A DNA stretch of 64,000 nt from Phoronis australis (taxonomy: Eukaryota; Animalia; Phoronida), in the NCBI GenBank assembly GCA_002633005.1, contig NMRA01000578.1, positions 203,408 to 267,407 of the forward strand. Direction: 5' to 3'. This document shows positions 35,005 to 49,286 of this stretch, piece by piece. The notes beneath the pieces were generated by a model. The model was given only the letters and a program-made list of their open reading frames with translations, did no database searches and had not been told where the DNA came from. Numbering within the stretch: the stretch's first letter is position 1; each line of letters starts with the position of its first letter. The position numbers and the translations under genes are program-made.

Positions 35005-37465
35005 ATAAGTGAAATTAATAAACGCCCGGTTTCTACGAGAGTCTTTGGGATAAAAACAAAAATTCAGTGTATACGGAACCTGAATTACAATCACATTCAA
35101 GAATTTTCGCCACTATTCAATTTTAAAACGAAAACTGGACTAGAAAGCTGCACACCGTCTGGCTGCAGTGGATGCGGTCCCAGCTTGAAATCAAACTTAT
35201 GCGCCAGCAGTCTCTATGCGTTTTCTTGTGCTTTTTTGCCACTTGCACAAAAATTACCTAGTAAAAATGCTTGAATTTGGTTAGAGTTAAAGATCTGTGG
35301 TTAGGGATTTGGTTGGTGCGTGTTTTAACACCGAACACCGTAGAAATTGAATGTTTTTACGGTGTGCGGTAATGGTGATTTCCGCCCACTGAGTTATATT
35401 ATCTTCTTAGTACCAAATTATAGGAAAAGGCAACTTTTATCGTGTCATTTTTAGCAAAAACACATATCGTTGATTATCACAGACATATGTTTCAGTTAAT
35501 TACGGCTTCCCGTGTGACCTACTGCTGAAATGACGTTCAGGGGGTTAAGAATTTCCCGCCGTGATTAGCCTTCCTGATAGAGCTTTATTGAAAATTGCGC
35601 GCTATAAGGTGGGAGACGACACAGATTACAAAAAGAATGATGCTGTCTAGCGTTTTCATCAATCATACAACAACTGTTATTTTAGTTGGCGTTCTTTGTA
35701 CCAAGGGCTTCAAACAGACTTGTAAGTGAGTGTCGCTGTCTCTTTTGTTATACATGCATAGAAAAACATAATGTGGCACTGATATAACCCACCTGCTTTT
35801 GTGTTGCTTTATGTCCAAGTGTTTGAGCTGCAGTAAATTTATTTCAAAGATTCATATACATTTCAACTGAATCACAACACTCAGTATCAGATTTCGTCAA
35901 TTGTATTTGTCTTTCCAAGTAATTATGTCAGCCTGAGTTGATCAAAATTTGGAGCTCATCTCTCAAAGCTGAAACTTTTATTCATTTTTCAAGTAAGCTC
36001 TGACGTCACTTCCTTATAACCATTATTATCCATGCTGGTTTCTTCGGTGTTTAATCCTCGTAACTTTTCTGTCGTGAAATACAGATGCCATCTGAAATGT
36101 AACAGACATACTTTTATCTGCCTTTAAAATTAGGACACAATTGATCGAAAACTGCACACACACGCACACACACGCACACACACATACATACATACATACA
36201 TTTATTCATTCATATATTAGGCCTGCAAGAGTAAAGCTGTCATACATGCAACACACACCTGTGTACCATGAAATTAAACAATGAAGCGTAAAGCAACACA
36301 GAGTTTCAACAAATCTGTTCATAGGGAAATAGAGTCATGTTCTGATCCATTTACATGTATTTGATTCATGCTTTGATATGCAATGACGATTATTAACCTG
36401 GTCACCAAGTCTCGGAAATTTGACAAAAGGTTGAAAATTGTTTACAAAATCGGTTATTTGTAAAGTTGTGTGCGTGACTAACGCATCGGATAAAGTAATG
36501 GCCCATTGTGGGGAATGACTGCTACGGTAACATCGAATCACAGGGCTTCTTTGTCGGATAATGAAGATATGGTTTAGCTGAGTAATTATTTGTTTCTCAG
36601 GGAAGGCAATACCCGTGCAATAACAAGTGTCAGGACAAGTTAAGACTTTAGTATCCTTTTAAAACTGGATTTCATCTGTATTTAGCAGCCAAAAACGAAA
36701 AAATAGTTGAGCCACTTAGGCTCATAAAACCTTTACCAAAAAGAACATCAAACCAACAGCGACTCAAGAAAATTCTAGTTCAAACACCTTATTTGAACGG
36801 AAAATCATTACGTCACATCCATAGCAATTACTCAGAACAGGGGATAAAGAATATGGCGGCCAACCGGCGTATTCCCATGCACCAATGTGTTTTAAAATTT
36901 AATACGGGCAAAATTCAACAAAACCACCTTCTTTATATCTGAAGCTCATTTCACAGGATCAAAGGATCTGTGAACTGGTGAATTTCCAGTAACAAAGTTT
37001 GACCTAATGCAATATCCCGCAGAAAAGTGACAAGGGTTAGAACCAATCTCCTAGACAACCCAAGTAAGGTAACGTCACTCATTCCGTCCCTATTCGAAAA
37101 TGATGCATGTATGTATTGCCTGTGACGTGAGTTGCTTGCTTATTCTGCAATAATGCAAGATGGGATGAGCGTGGTAATGTTTTGAGTCCAAAAACGCTAA
37201 GAGAAATATGGCAGTTAAACATCACCGAAATGCCCTTTAAGTTTTGTTAATAACAAATGTTACTGATCAAATAATTATCATCTGTTCAATGTGGTTTGCA
37301 GATGTATGACTTCAACACCCTACCAGTTAAAAGATTGTTGAAAAAGAGTTAGATATCTACAAAACTGCAACCCAATTTGCTGACTATCATAAAAAGCATA
37401 AATATTCTGGAAGTAAAACAGTGTGTAATACCTAATTTTGAACCTTGTATCAATCTATGGAATAT

Positions 37466-37685
37466 AATCAAGGAGTCTAGTGCAACAGGAGTGTTCCTTT
37501 GTGTGTTATCGCTACTACTAGCGCCACCAAGTAGCGAATAAGCAACGGTCAAGCACGAAGCACGAGAATAAAGACGAAGGGCGTCTTTTGCAGGGCAATA
37601 AATTGCACAAATTTATCCACGAAAACACCAGAACTGTCATTTTTTTCTTTTCCTAAGTATCCAGAAAAATACACACTCCTTGATT
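37466..37685. mobile_element. MITE private to unit C, TIR AATCAAGGAGT/ACTCCTTGATT
   Basis: 11-bp perfect TIR; empty site in A, B and D. Confidence 0.65.
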
Positions 37686-38155
37686 TAATGTTCATCTTTA
37701 TGCCAATCTGCCATTCTTTGTATCAGGTGGTCATGTGTTTTGGTAAAATTAAGGAAAAATGATGGAAGTTACGTACAAAAAAAACAACAATAATAATAAC
37801 ACTGAAAATTTCCGTTGCTTTAGGCGTTCGAAATGAACCCTCAAATCGCTGTCATGGTTTTCTGCATTATCCTTTCGAGATGAATATGTTCATACAAAAA
37901 TGAAACATTTTGAAAGCAATTTCCTATAAACTTTTTGGAAAACAGTTTATAAACCTATGACATATTCAGGATAATCAGACAGCTAATTTTTATGATAGAG
38001 GCTCCGACAAAAACCATATTTTCATATTGTTAGGATTATGGTATCACCGCAATTCTGTATCGATCAACAATCGTGCAAGTTGACAATAACTGGCAGCATG
38101 ACTGCATTTATGTTCTGCATTTGTCTTTCTATTTTCAAAATAGATTACCATTAGC

Positions 38156-39832
38156 TTACATTTTACGTCGTCCTTTTCCACGTCGATACGCCCGACAACG
38201 ATAAAGTCTTTGTAGTGGGCACTTCTTACAGATTTTAAGAATCAGTCATCCTGTAAGTACAACGTAGAACAAACAAAGATTATCAATATTTCACATTGGT
38301 CATGCTGCAGGAACACGATCTTTTGCTCAATATGCTGTATGGACAAATAAGGTACAACATTACAGTGGCGTAATTTAACTTTTCTGGCAAGACATTTCAT
38401 CCACGGAACGTAGCGACGTGGCATCGTATATTCGTGAATTCATCGTTCAGCGTGAGTCCCGGTCGGAAGAGAGATCATTTCAGACTAAGTGTGACGTGAC
38501 CAACCTATGGCGTGGAAGACCATAGGCGGATTTAGGGGGGGGGGCTTGGCTGCCGCATGAAAAACGAAACAGATACAGCGTGAAGCGTGAGGAAATAGGG
38601 AATCGTGTTCCCGTTTTTTTATTAGTCCACCGATAGATTTTCTGAACAGAAGGTCTACATACCTGGTTCCCGAAACTTTCGGGCCGCCTGTGCACTTACA
38701 ATCGCGCTTGCCCAATTCCCCCGCCACTGAAGACGACTGATCAATCTTCCGTATACTTTATCAACACACTGTATTTTTCTTCTTGGAACACTTTTTGCAC
38801 CTTTTGGATAATTGACACCTGTTACATTAACGGCCGACCGACTAATCTTGTCGTTTATTCCTCCTTACGTTTTTTTTTCTTATCTTTAATTATTTTTTCG
38901 CTTATGTCGCATTTGTTTGGTTAGCCTCTGGCTGTTTTTTTTTTGTTTAGAAAAGCTGTAAACGATTTTCCACCGATAATACTAACTCTTATTTTCGTTC
39001 GATTTCATGGTTTGAACACTCTGAGTAGGTATCCAGAAAGTTGAATAGGGAGTAGTGATATCAAGTTCATGTTATTGTGATCTGCTCGTGTGTTAAATTC
39101 AATTAGATATCGATAACTATCACATACTGTTATTACACGGAACAGCAAGCTGTTGGCGAAATAATAGACAATTAGTTGTTTCAGTTCAACGCATGGATAC
39201 AAACTTTAAGGCTTAAGAAAGATTGGTTTTGTGTTAATTACCTCAGTCTACTTCCTATCAAAGAGAGTTTTGCACAAGTTTCTCTAACCTTTTTAAAGGT
39301 GTTTCGAGTGGTAATCTAAACTTCACCCGCAACCACTGTAATATCAAAATGATTGTAAGTATTACGCGTATCTCACATTGAAGTGATAACCATGACTACT
39401 GGTCTCAGAGCTCTTACCAGCAAAATGGAATGCTTACCACGGTAGGGAGCTCTAGCCTCTGTCCACAAAATACTGACCGGGTCTTGTAGGAACTCGTGGG
39501 ACGCGCAAAGAACCCTATGGTACATGGTAAATTCGTGTAGTTGAAGTTCAGCTCCTATAGTAAGGGTTCTCTCGGTGACTGGTAAGAAGTTTGTGAAGGG
39601 TGGTAAGAGCTTCCCTTCCGGTCCGTGTTATATGCTGTGCGACACGAAGTTATTAAGGGCTTGCCTACCATCCCTGTGGCAAATCAAGGTTTCATATCAA
39701 AAAGGGAAATAAATTCTCCGTTGTGGAACCACTGCTCACCTGGAATACGACGTCTAGTTGTCGGATGACACAACCACACGACTTACTTAGTCCAATTGAC
39801 GCAATACTTCGCCATGTTCAATTTGGCAGGGT
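38156..39832 (-). pseudogene. Pseudogenised copy C of the 6-Cys peptide gene; exon 2 at 39832..39740 (DPAKLNMAKYCVNWTK*VVWLC...), exon 3 at 38250..38156 (G*LILKICKKCPLQRLYRCRAYRRGKGRRKM*); signal exon absent
   Basis: In-frame stops in both remaining exons and Cys2 changed to Trp. The segment holding the ATG exon in A, B and D is replaced by the Academ fragment at ~41381-42363. Confidence 0.85.
38521..38729. mobile_element. CATAGGCGG...CCGCCACTG MITE with 5-bp TSD AAGAC, private to unit C
   Basis: Exact TSD at 38516-20 and 38730-34; empty site in A, B and D. Confidence 0.75.
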
Positions 39833-40218
39833 CTGTAAATTAAAATAACTCGGCAACATTTGACCATGTTTTGACCCTTTTGTCAAAACAACCACTTAGT
39901 AGCACTCGTTCATTGCAGTCACCCGCCAAATGAACTTCAAAACATTAATTTAGCCAGTTTTATAGACTACAAAACAAACACCTCGAACACCACTCGGTTT
40001 GTAAGTCCAATTACCAAGTAGTTGAAGATTGACTACAAACAACATTTAGAAAAATTCTATACTTCAAAGAATAGAAAAAGGCACCTGGTTGTTTTTTCTA
40101 CGTAGAATACGTTTACATTACAAAGGTTAAGAATTGTGATGTAGAGACAAAAAACATGTTTGAAAATGACAAATAAATTGTGATCTCAATTTTAGAGAAA
40201 GCTGGGGGTGAATTGTGC

Positions 40219-40463
40219 TTACGCTGAGCTTTTTGGTTTTGTGTATGTTTTTGTATATTATTATTTTGTTAAAATGTCCTCTTTTATTTCCGTACCACTA
40301 TCTTCTTGTTTTTGTTTTCTTTACCTTTGGTGTTTTTTCTCAATATTATGTATCACTTACGTAACCAATTGTTCTATAGTTAACAGGTTAGATATAATGG
40401 TTCGCTTTCTGGGCTAAATATTTGTATTTTAATGAATTGTAATTTATTTGTGTGGCAATAAAA
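40219..40463 (+). mobile_element. Probable 5'-truncated non-LTR retroelement 3' tail, private to unit C
   Basis: T-rich insertion ending in AATAAAA and flanked by a TGTGC duplication. Confidence 0.5.
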
Positions 40464-41380
40464 TGTGCCTTTTACAAAGGCTTACGTTAAACCACAATAA
40501 AAAAGCATCAACATTTCATAACTGTTGGACAAATTTTAATTGAACTAATTAATTACAAAAAGCAACACTTATCACTTTGTCGATGTTTTTATCGGTTTTT
40601 CTTCATAAACCACCCCCCAGAAAGGCCGTTTGTCAACTGCTGAACAATCCTGACACTCTTCGCCCTCGCTTTCAAATCCGTCTGGTGTTTCTAGCTTGTC
40701 CAGAAGTTCTGCAAATACAGAAACGTCGTTATACCATTGGTGTCTCAGTTGGACGAAAAACTCTAATCTTTCGCGCTTTTTAGTGTCTGAGAAGACGGAT
40801 ATATTGGTTTATGGTACGGTGAGTCGACATTCCCAATTTTTGTCGATTTCATCAGGAAAGGAGTTACGTTCTTTGGTCACCTTCGCGGCCACGTTCTCTG
40901 ATACAAACTTATTTTAATTTGAGGTTGGCTTTCCTCTTTCTCCAACTTGTTGTATCTGAGTAAAACACTGCCAAAATCAATTGATGAAAGACGTACTGCT
41001 CTCGGTATTTTATTTCTATTCCCTTTCCAAAATAAAATGAGAAGATCGAAGTTGTTCGTGAAGTGACTTCAAGAAGTTTTATGTTTTTCAACAGTTTTAG
41101 CTCGTCCAATGAACTTCTGTCTTTTCTCACCATCAGCAGAACATAAATTAGATGTTCTCGCTCTTTTTGATCCCCAAAAATTATGGCTTCACATATAGAT
41201 TAAACACGTTAAATGCGGGTTAAAGAGCTAAAATATCACCAAAAGTCCTAGCGTTGCCATAGAAGCGTGGGACTTGCAGGCTAACTTCAGAATTTGCATA
41301 TTTTTTCTGACGGATACAAAATCAAAATAAAAAATATTCTCCATTAAACTACACAGCCCAAAGTAGTAGTTACACCTTGA

Positions 41381-42363
41381 AATTTTCGTCCACTGAAGGG
41401 TGGGCCTTTGGAAGTTGTACCATGGCTCTCAAGAAAAAAGTCATCCAGCGTAATTCGTATGTCCAAATGCAAAAAAAAACATAGACACAATTCTTCACAT
41501 GGGCTTTTAAAGTCAATGGCCAATTGCCCAATCTCTGACCTCGAATGAAGCGACAGTTAATTAGCAGGTAGTCTCTTATTACAATTTTCCAGTAACAAAC
41601 TGTTGGAGCATTGCAGACTCATTTTTCCCACATATCAAAGCTTTCGTGAGGTCCAGACTTTTCATGACAGTACTCATCATCATATGCCTGTTTCTTTAAT
41701 TCATTAAGCCAGAGTGTGTTGGTATGCACATCTGGTACGTTGACATGCTTTCCACCCAGAGGAGATGGTGCAAAACCAGGAGTGAAGACATTGTCTAGGG
41801 ATAACATGTGGTCCCATCCAACAGTTTACCTCCACTCTCTTGAGATGCCATTTCGATGTGGAGCATGCCCATGAAGCATAGGTCTACCATTTTTGATTCA
41901 CCGAACTCATCAGGGAAGCCATTGCATTTTTTCTTCATAGCATTATATGCAGCCTGATTCAAACCAACAAAAATAATATAACCAATAGATGCAAGAGTGG
42001 AGCTGCGCGAGAACAAGCGTTTGACATTTTCTATCCGGACACAAGGCGCGTGACCAAGCGTTTGGTATTTTCAGTTCATAGAAAGTGTAAAAAGATTTTA
42101 ATGGCCTCAAAGCATAAAAGTAACATCAAAAATATTGGAAACATGGATTTACAACATGATCTGGTGATGATAATAGCCGAGATATGCCAATTTCCATTTT
42201 CGGCGGCGGCCACGTTGGATTTTGTGCGTAGCGGCCACTAGGGGGTTAGCACAATTTGTTTGCGGTGCTTTTTAGAAATGTTCCACCTATTCCTAACATT
42301 GTACCAATTTGCAGAAACTTGTCACAAAGTGCGCGATTTTCATGAATTCCTTCTCCGCTACTA
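41381..42363 (-). mobile_element. Academ transposase core fragment with one terminus, private to unit C
   Basis: Minus-strand fragments FPDEFGESKM...MGMLHIEMA...G.LLDG, YWKIV...FIRGQRLGNWPLTL...FFAFGHTNYA resemble the Academ DDE core. The right end terminates in ...CGCTACTA. Confidence 0.8.
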
Positions 42364-44525
42364 GAACTGGGTATTGGTTGAGTCACCCAAGCTCAACAAA
42401 AATCATAATTCATCTTCCGTTAGCGACAAATGATTTAGAGTGGGCCACGATGGTGTATGATACCAGTGTTTACACATTGCCGCCCCTTTATTGGCTGGAA
42501 TGAACAGCTTGATTTACATGTCGCAGCTATCCTATAAATCATCGGCAGCACCTATACATGTTTAGAAAGAGTCGGTGACTGGAACATGAATTCATGAAAC
42601 GTGCCAGATCAAGATGTCCACATAGTCATTAGATTAGTCTGGGCTTTTACTTCTCAGTGTTACACGCAGATACGAAATCAGGTTAAGCCCGTCAAGCATT
42701 ACTACACGCCTAGAAATCTAGCCCTGCGTTAGAGTTCTGTGCACCAAAGACGGATAGATTCGGTTTCTGGGTACACTCAAGCCAACACAGACCCGTTAAC
42801 AACATAAACGATGACATTTGACGATGTTTTGTTGGTAATTTAACAAAATGAACGTCCATGAATCCTTGGTGTACGTTTATTGCTGTTAATAGTTTTATAA
42901 CGATGCTCAGACACCAAGTAGGTTCGAGTTATTCAACTTTAGAAAAAACGAGATAAACTAAATACATCAGAAATCACGCGAGAAGAATAGATTTCAGTTG
43001 TTAGTAACTGTTTATGCGTATCTTTCATGTTTCGTATCAATATACATATGTCGTCAGTCTAACAGACATTGAAATGAATACAATAATTCCATTTTATGTG
43101 AATAGAATACTAACATTACCATATCACCAATCAATGCAATAGTAAGGAATTTATAACTGTTCCAATTCACTCATCAAATTTTCAGAAGGAAATTTTTTAA
43201 AAATATTGTATCCTGGGAACTTAAGATGAGATTACTTCTCATGGGGATTGAGAAACTGGAATAAAAATTTCAAAAATATCCTCAGTCATTCAGAGAGTAT
43301 CCAAGTTGGCCGTCCTAAATCAATGTGATAACCAGCCTGCGGCTATCGGGTTAAAAGTAAGAATCGTGATGTTTCTGACGTGAAGTGTACCTGTACACAC
43401 ACACACACACCCACACATATATGCATGTATGTACAATTCCGTGACGTTAAGGTAAGTCACTATACCCAGAAAAAATGCCACTGCACGGTTTTATTGCATC
43501 AGTGAGTCATCGTCGCCTTCATTATTCTTGGTGGTCAACTTAGAAAAGTAGAGGACTCATGCGCATAAAGTAGAGCCATTCTCCGACGAAAGAGGAAAAC
43601 AGAACATGTTAAACAGGACATCCTCCAACAAAACACTATCATAGATAGAAGAGCCGTTTGACCCCTGCCTGAAACACAAGTCCCAGGCCCTGTCTGCCTC
43701 CTCGATTAGACACACCTCTTTTCCTCCTCCTCATCTTCATCACCATCATCGTCATCGACATTGTCATCATCATCGAATTCGTCGCCTTCATCATCATATC
43801 GTCTACGTGACTAGTAATGTACTAGCCGCGCCATTAGGCCCATGGGCGTCTATGCAAAACTTAGGCGCATACTCCAATATGAGAAGTAGTTGTGTAAAAA
43901 AGGAGAGAAAAAAGGCATTTCGGATATAAACCTATGGGCCTAAAGGCGCGGCAACACGGTAATACAAGACCATTTACCAAAGTTCCAGAAAATATTCCAA
44001 GGAACTCCAAAGATATGTACAGAGACAAACGTAAAAATGCCATTAGGAGGCACAGCGGAAGTTAATACGGGTGCGCCTATATGCTGATTAATGCATGGGC
44101 CTATACAGGCCGAACTACACTACACCATTTCAAAAATTATCTCTTTAAAAAGGGAATAAATATCTGCTGTCGTTGTCTTGGTAGTATTGGCTAAGTATAA
44201 AACGTCAGGTCTCTGAAGATGGCAGTCAGGAATTGAGGCAGGATCTGTGAAGCATAAGTGGAGTAAATAAACGCCCGGCTTCTATAGGAATCTCTACGAT
44301 AAAAACAAAATTATCAGTTGATGCGGAACCTGAATTCCCAACACACTCAAGAAATTTTGCCACAAACTAATGCGCCAGCATTCTTTATGTGTTTTGTTGT
44401 GCTTTTTGCCACTTGTACAAAAATTACCTGGGAAAAAGTGCTTGAATTTGGTTGAATTTCAAGATCCGTGGTTAGGGATCTGGCTGGTGCGTGTTTTAAC
44501 CTGAATGTTTTTAAGGTGTCCAGTA

Positions 44526-46004
44526 AGGAGATTGCAACCTTTTTTCACGTCGTTTTTAGTAAAAATACGGTTCGTTGAATATCTCAGACATATGTTTCAG
44601 TTAATTGCGGCTTCGCGCAATTTTATTAGTTAGTCGTGACGTACTCTGGAAGTGACGTTTAGGGGGTGAAGAATTTCCCGACATTTTTTTCTGCGTTGGA
44701 GTTTACTGTGAGGATCTGTTCTACTGTTATTTTCGTGCTGGTTTTCTAAACTTGTCGTCATCACTTCCCATCGACGAGCATTCTACAACAAGCTGGGTTG
44801 TTAGAGAACACAAACACGCTGGATTTAGGGATGGTTTACTTTGTAGTGGTCTGAAAATGGCTGTAGTCGGCGACCCATATCACAGGCACAGTGACGTGAG
44901 TGACGGAGACATTGTTTATAGCAGTAGTGACGAGGGATTTTTTCACGAACAGTCAATGGGTGGATGTATGTTTAAGCCCGAGTATAGTGAGGCAGAATAT
45001 GCAGTGACAGTTGTTGAGAGGGATGAGGCAGTGACTGAGAACAGATGTGATGGTACGTCTTGGTCCAAATGCACGATGTGCACTGTTGTGCCGACGTCAA
45101 TAGAATGCCTATGCTATTGCCACTGGATGGTGACCCGATCACCCAAACCGCTTTCATACCGCCATGTGACTCCCTTGACACACACGTGGCACCTTCTAAA
45201 TAGCTCCAATACTTTAGTCAAGTCCAGAATGAACTTATCAAAAATCTTCTCACTGGCCTGTTCACTGGACAACGAGCTGTCCTCAGTGGGTTTCGAACTG
45301 GGCCTGTTTTCATTCCCATTACACAACATCGCTGCATGGTTGCTTACAGGCTCTGGGCTGGAGACAACACCAGCACAGGGCGAATCACGGCTAGCTCCCG
45401 GAATTGCACGCTCTGGAGTACATTCGGAGGCACGAGGGACAGTAGATGAAAGGTCTTTAGTCACTGTAGAGGCCACAGCTCGCGAGGCTTCTCGCTTCAA
45501 AAACGTACTTCTCGGGGGTGGCAACGGAATCAACAGCCTTGTTTTGCGGGAACCTTCATGAATTCTGCGTAAACATCTCTCTCGTAATCCCACGGTAAAA
45601 AAACTTGGCACATACTCCGTAATTCTCCCCTGCTTTGTACGTTGCATGGACGGGTAACGCTGCGTTTTTCACACGAACGAGCCAAGTACGCCGAAGTGTG
45701 TCATCTTTCGGAGAGCGATTCAATTGCATACCTAGTTAATGAGGCTACTCCGGTAAGCAGCAACCATGCGGCATGTTGACAGACTAGTGAACAAATGCAA
45801 ACGACGACTGAACTTATCATATGACTGACTCGGCAGCTCCTACAGACAGACTCTATGAAAACAAAATGGCGGGAAATTCTTAACCCCCTCTAAACGACTA
45901 ATTAATAAAATTACGAGAAGCCGTTACTAACTGAAAATATATTTGGGATAATCAAAGAACCGTATTTTTACTAAAAATGACATGAAAAAAGATTGCCTTC
46001 TCCT
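44526..46004. mobile_element. Kolobok relic, paralogous copy in unit C
   Basis: Homologous to 18200-19646. KolX-like FKPEYS...WSKCTMCTVVPTSIECLCYCHW on plus. THAP-like MPHGCCLPE*...RSPKDDTLRRTWL...VCAKF and KFILDLTKVLELFRRCHVC on minus. The 269-aa ORF is a chimera across the internal deletion. Confidence 0.8.
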
Positions 46005-47439
46005 TTAAATTATTCCACTTGAACACCTGGCGGTTTCCGCAATTAAAAAATGGAGATGTAATCAGTTAAAGGATAGTTATGGTTTAAAACTATAACTCAC
46101 TATATATTTTAGAGTATTTAATGTCGTGTGTTAAGAATATTCAACACTAACAAAAGATACAATCTACATTTGAAATAAATTACAACAACAATGCTATGAA
46201 TTATTTTGCGTTGTAACAGAGAGAGTGACAAGAGTCATGGGTGGAAACTATGCCATGGCTGGGAAAATCTTCGATCCTCTAAACCCTACACCTGGACAAT
46301 CATACACCAAACCAAAAGTGTCAATCACAGACACGTATTCCATAACAATTACTTCAAACATGGCACCGAAAATTCTCCGATACCCGTTGACCAAACAGGG
46401 GAAGTAGATTCCTCATTCCCGCAGCAACAAAATTAAAGGTTTTTCAACCCAAGACTACGACTCGCATGCGACTACTAGGCACCAATACACAATGCACTCA
46501 GAATGCAAAACACTCCAGATTCCAAACATTGGAAAGAAAAAGGGTGTCAATCAGATCTTTCTTTACTAAACTGAAACGTCTGAGGCGCACCTGAATTTCC
46601 ATCCAAATCTGGTCTTGCCGTCAAGAAGTGGTAGATTGGATATTGTATTCAGTTTTCAAGCTGCGATTTGTTGAAAGGTTAGGATTTTGCGCAACGCAGA
46701 AAAAAATCCTTTCCTGACTCCCCACTAGGAATTTTTCAGCCTGAACGGTTTGTTCTAGAATTCTCTTGCTCGTGTACTTAATACAAAATACTATTCATTG
46801 CCTATTAAACTATTCACCAAAAGTAAATGTACCATATGTTTTTCGCACGGGTTTTTCAGGAAATTGATAAACTGAATATGATTCAGATATGTTTGATGCA
46901 CTATAAGGTAGAATTCGACATGAATTATAAGGATATGGCGCCTTCTAGCATTTTAACTAATCGGACGACAATGGTTATTTAAGTTGGCGGTTCTTGTACC
47001 AAGTGATTCACACAAACTTCCAAGTGAATGTTGCTGTCTCTTTTTGTGGTACTTGTATTACCCACTCGCTTTTGTGTTGCTTTATGTTCAAGTGCTTGTA
47101 GTAAATTTATTTCAAAGATTCATATACATTTCAACTGAATTACAATACTCAATATCAGATTTCGTCAATCGTATTTGTTTCTTACAGGTAATTATGCCAG
47201 TCTCAGTTGTATTAAATTGGGAGCTCATCTCTCAAACTTTTCTTTATTATTCAAATAAGCTCTGACATCACTTCCTATTACTGTTATTATGCATGCAGGT
47301 TTCTTTGGTGTTTAATCCTCGTCCCTTTTCTGTCGTGAAATACTGAAAGGTGCCATCTGAAATGTAACAGACATCTGCCTTTGAGAATAGGGAACAATTG
47401 ATCGAAAACTGCACAATTTCTTGAATCTGACTGTATTTG

Positions 47440-47555
47440 CATGCGTACATGCATGTATGCATACATACATACATACATACATACATACATACATACATAC
47501 ATACATACATACATACATACATACATACATACATACATGCATGCATACATACATT
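47440..47555. repeat. (CATA)n microsatellite; shorter paralogues at ~9520-9541, ~23040-23100 and ~36156-36200
   Basis: Direct reading; it generates the MYVC/HTYI spurious ORFs. Confidence 0.95.
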
Positions 47556-49286
47556 CATATATTAGGCCTGCAAAGGTACAGCTGTCATATACGCAACACA
47601 AACCTGTGCACCATGAAATTAAACAAAGAAGAATAAAACAACATGGAGTATCAACAAATCTATTCTTAGGGAAATTGAGTCATGTCCTGGTCCATTTACA
47701 TATATTTGATTCATGATTTGATACACAATGACGATTATCAACTTGACCACCAAGCCTTGAAATTTGAGAAAAGTTGGAAAATTATTTACAAAATCGGTTA
47801 TTTGTAAAGTGGTGTATGTGACTAACGCATTGGATAAGGTAATGGCCCACTGTGGGGAATGACTGCTAACATTGAATCACAAGGCATCTTTGTCGGCTAA
47901 TGGAGAAATAGTTTAGCTGACTAATGATTTGTTTCTCAGGGAAGGCAATACTCGTGCAATAGCAGGCCTAGGAGTCAAGACAAGTTAAGATGTGGGCTGA
48001 AATCTGTGATGCAGACTTAAGTATCCTTTTCAAACTGAATTTCATCTGTATTTAGCAGCCAAACACGAAAAAATAATTAAGCCACTTAGTCTGACAAATC
48101 TGGTCTCATAATAGTCCTTAACGTAATATGACTCAATTACCTTTACCAACAAGAGCATCAGACCAACAGGGACTCAAGAAAATTATATACTTTATTGGGG
48201 TTGGCCAACCTTAAAACTGTTGATTTGAACGGAAAGTCATTACGTAGCGTCGAAATTGGACTACAGAATATGGCGGCCGACGGCACCAATATATTAGTTC
48301 AAACGGGCAAAATTCAACAAAACTAACCTCTTTAAAAAAATTGAAGCTCATGTCACAGGATTTATGAACTGTTGACTTTACAGTTAAATGATTTGACCTA
48401 ATATAATATCCAATAGAGAAGTGGTACGGATTACAGCCAAAATGGTGAAATCTCCTTGACGACCAGAGTAAGATGACGTCACTCATTCCGTCCCTATTCG
48501 AAAATGACGCATGCATGCATTGTCTGACTTGCGTTGCTGGCATATTCTGCAATAATGCGAGATCGGATGAGCGTGGTATTGTGTTGAGCCCAAAGTGGAA
48601 AGAAAAACCTTAGCAGTTAAACAACGGCGAGATGCCCTTTAACGTACATTCACTATACTGCGCACACGTATGCATATAAATGAATAATGCAGCCCTTCTA
48701 CTTCGGAGATTGTTGAAAAGGAGCCAAATATCAACAAAACTGCAACCCTCTTCATCGACTCTCAGTAAAAGCACATACCTTCTGGAAGCAAAAAGCGTGT
48801 AAAATTTAATTTTGAAACTTGTAGCAATATCTATGGAATTTAATTTTGAGCTTTATACCAATCTGCCATTCTTTGTTTCAAGTGACCCTGTGTTTTGGTA
48901 AAATGAAGGAAGGCACGTACGTAGAAAAACAACAACATTGAAAGATCTCTGTTGCCTCAAATGTTCGAAATGAACTCTCAAATCGCTGTCATAGTTTCCT
49001 ATGTTATTCTTGCGTTTTTGTTTTCTGCAACTTGAGATTTTTTACAAGAATATCTTGATACAAAAGAACATTTGAAAGTAATTTCCTAAAGATTTTGTGA
49101 AAACAGTGCATAAACCAATGACAGTACTCGGATTGAAAGATTCAAAATCATCAGATTAGCACTTTCTGTGATGAGATGCTCCGAAATAAGCGACATTTTG
49201 ACATTTTGATATTTGAAAGGCCTTTCATACTAACGTTGACGCGTCCATGTATTGGGGAGTTGCGGTTATGTATAACTTACCATTAT

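Larger units (their letters stand above)
22170..35560. repeat. Tandem segmental duplication unit B; includes a private 4.1 kb Academ relic and is truncated within the Kolobok left end
   Basis: Collinear homology to unit A, read by eye. Confidence 0.9.
35670..46676. repeat. Tandem segmental duplication unit C
   Basis: Collinear homology to units A and B. Confidence 0.9.

Noticed and set aside
44752-45561. 269-aa ORF as a host gene
   Set aside because: Chimera of a KolX fragment and antisense Kolobok transposase sequence; broken in the unit A copy.
47268-47716. Repetitive MYVC/HTYI ORFs
   Set aside because: Translations of a (CATA)n microsatellite.
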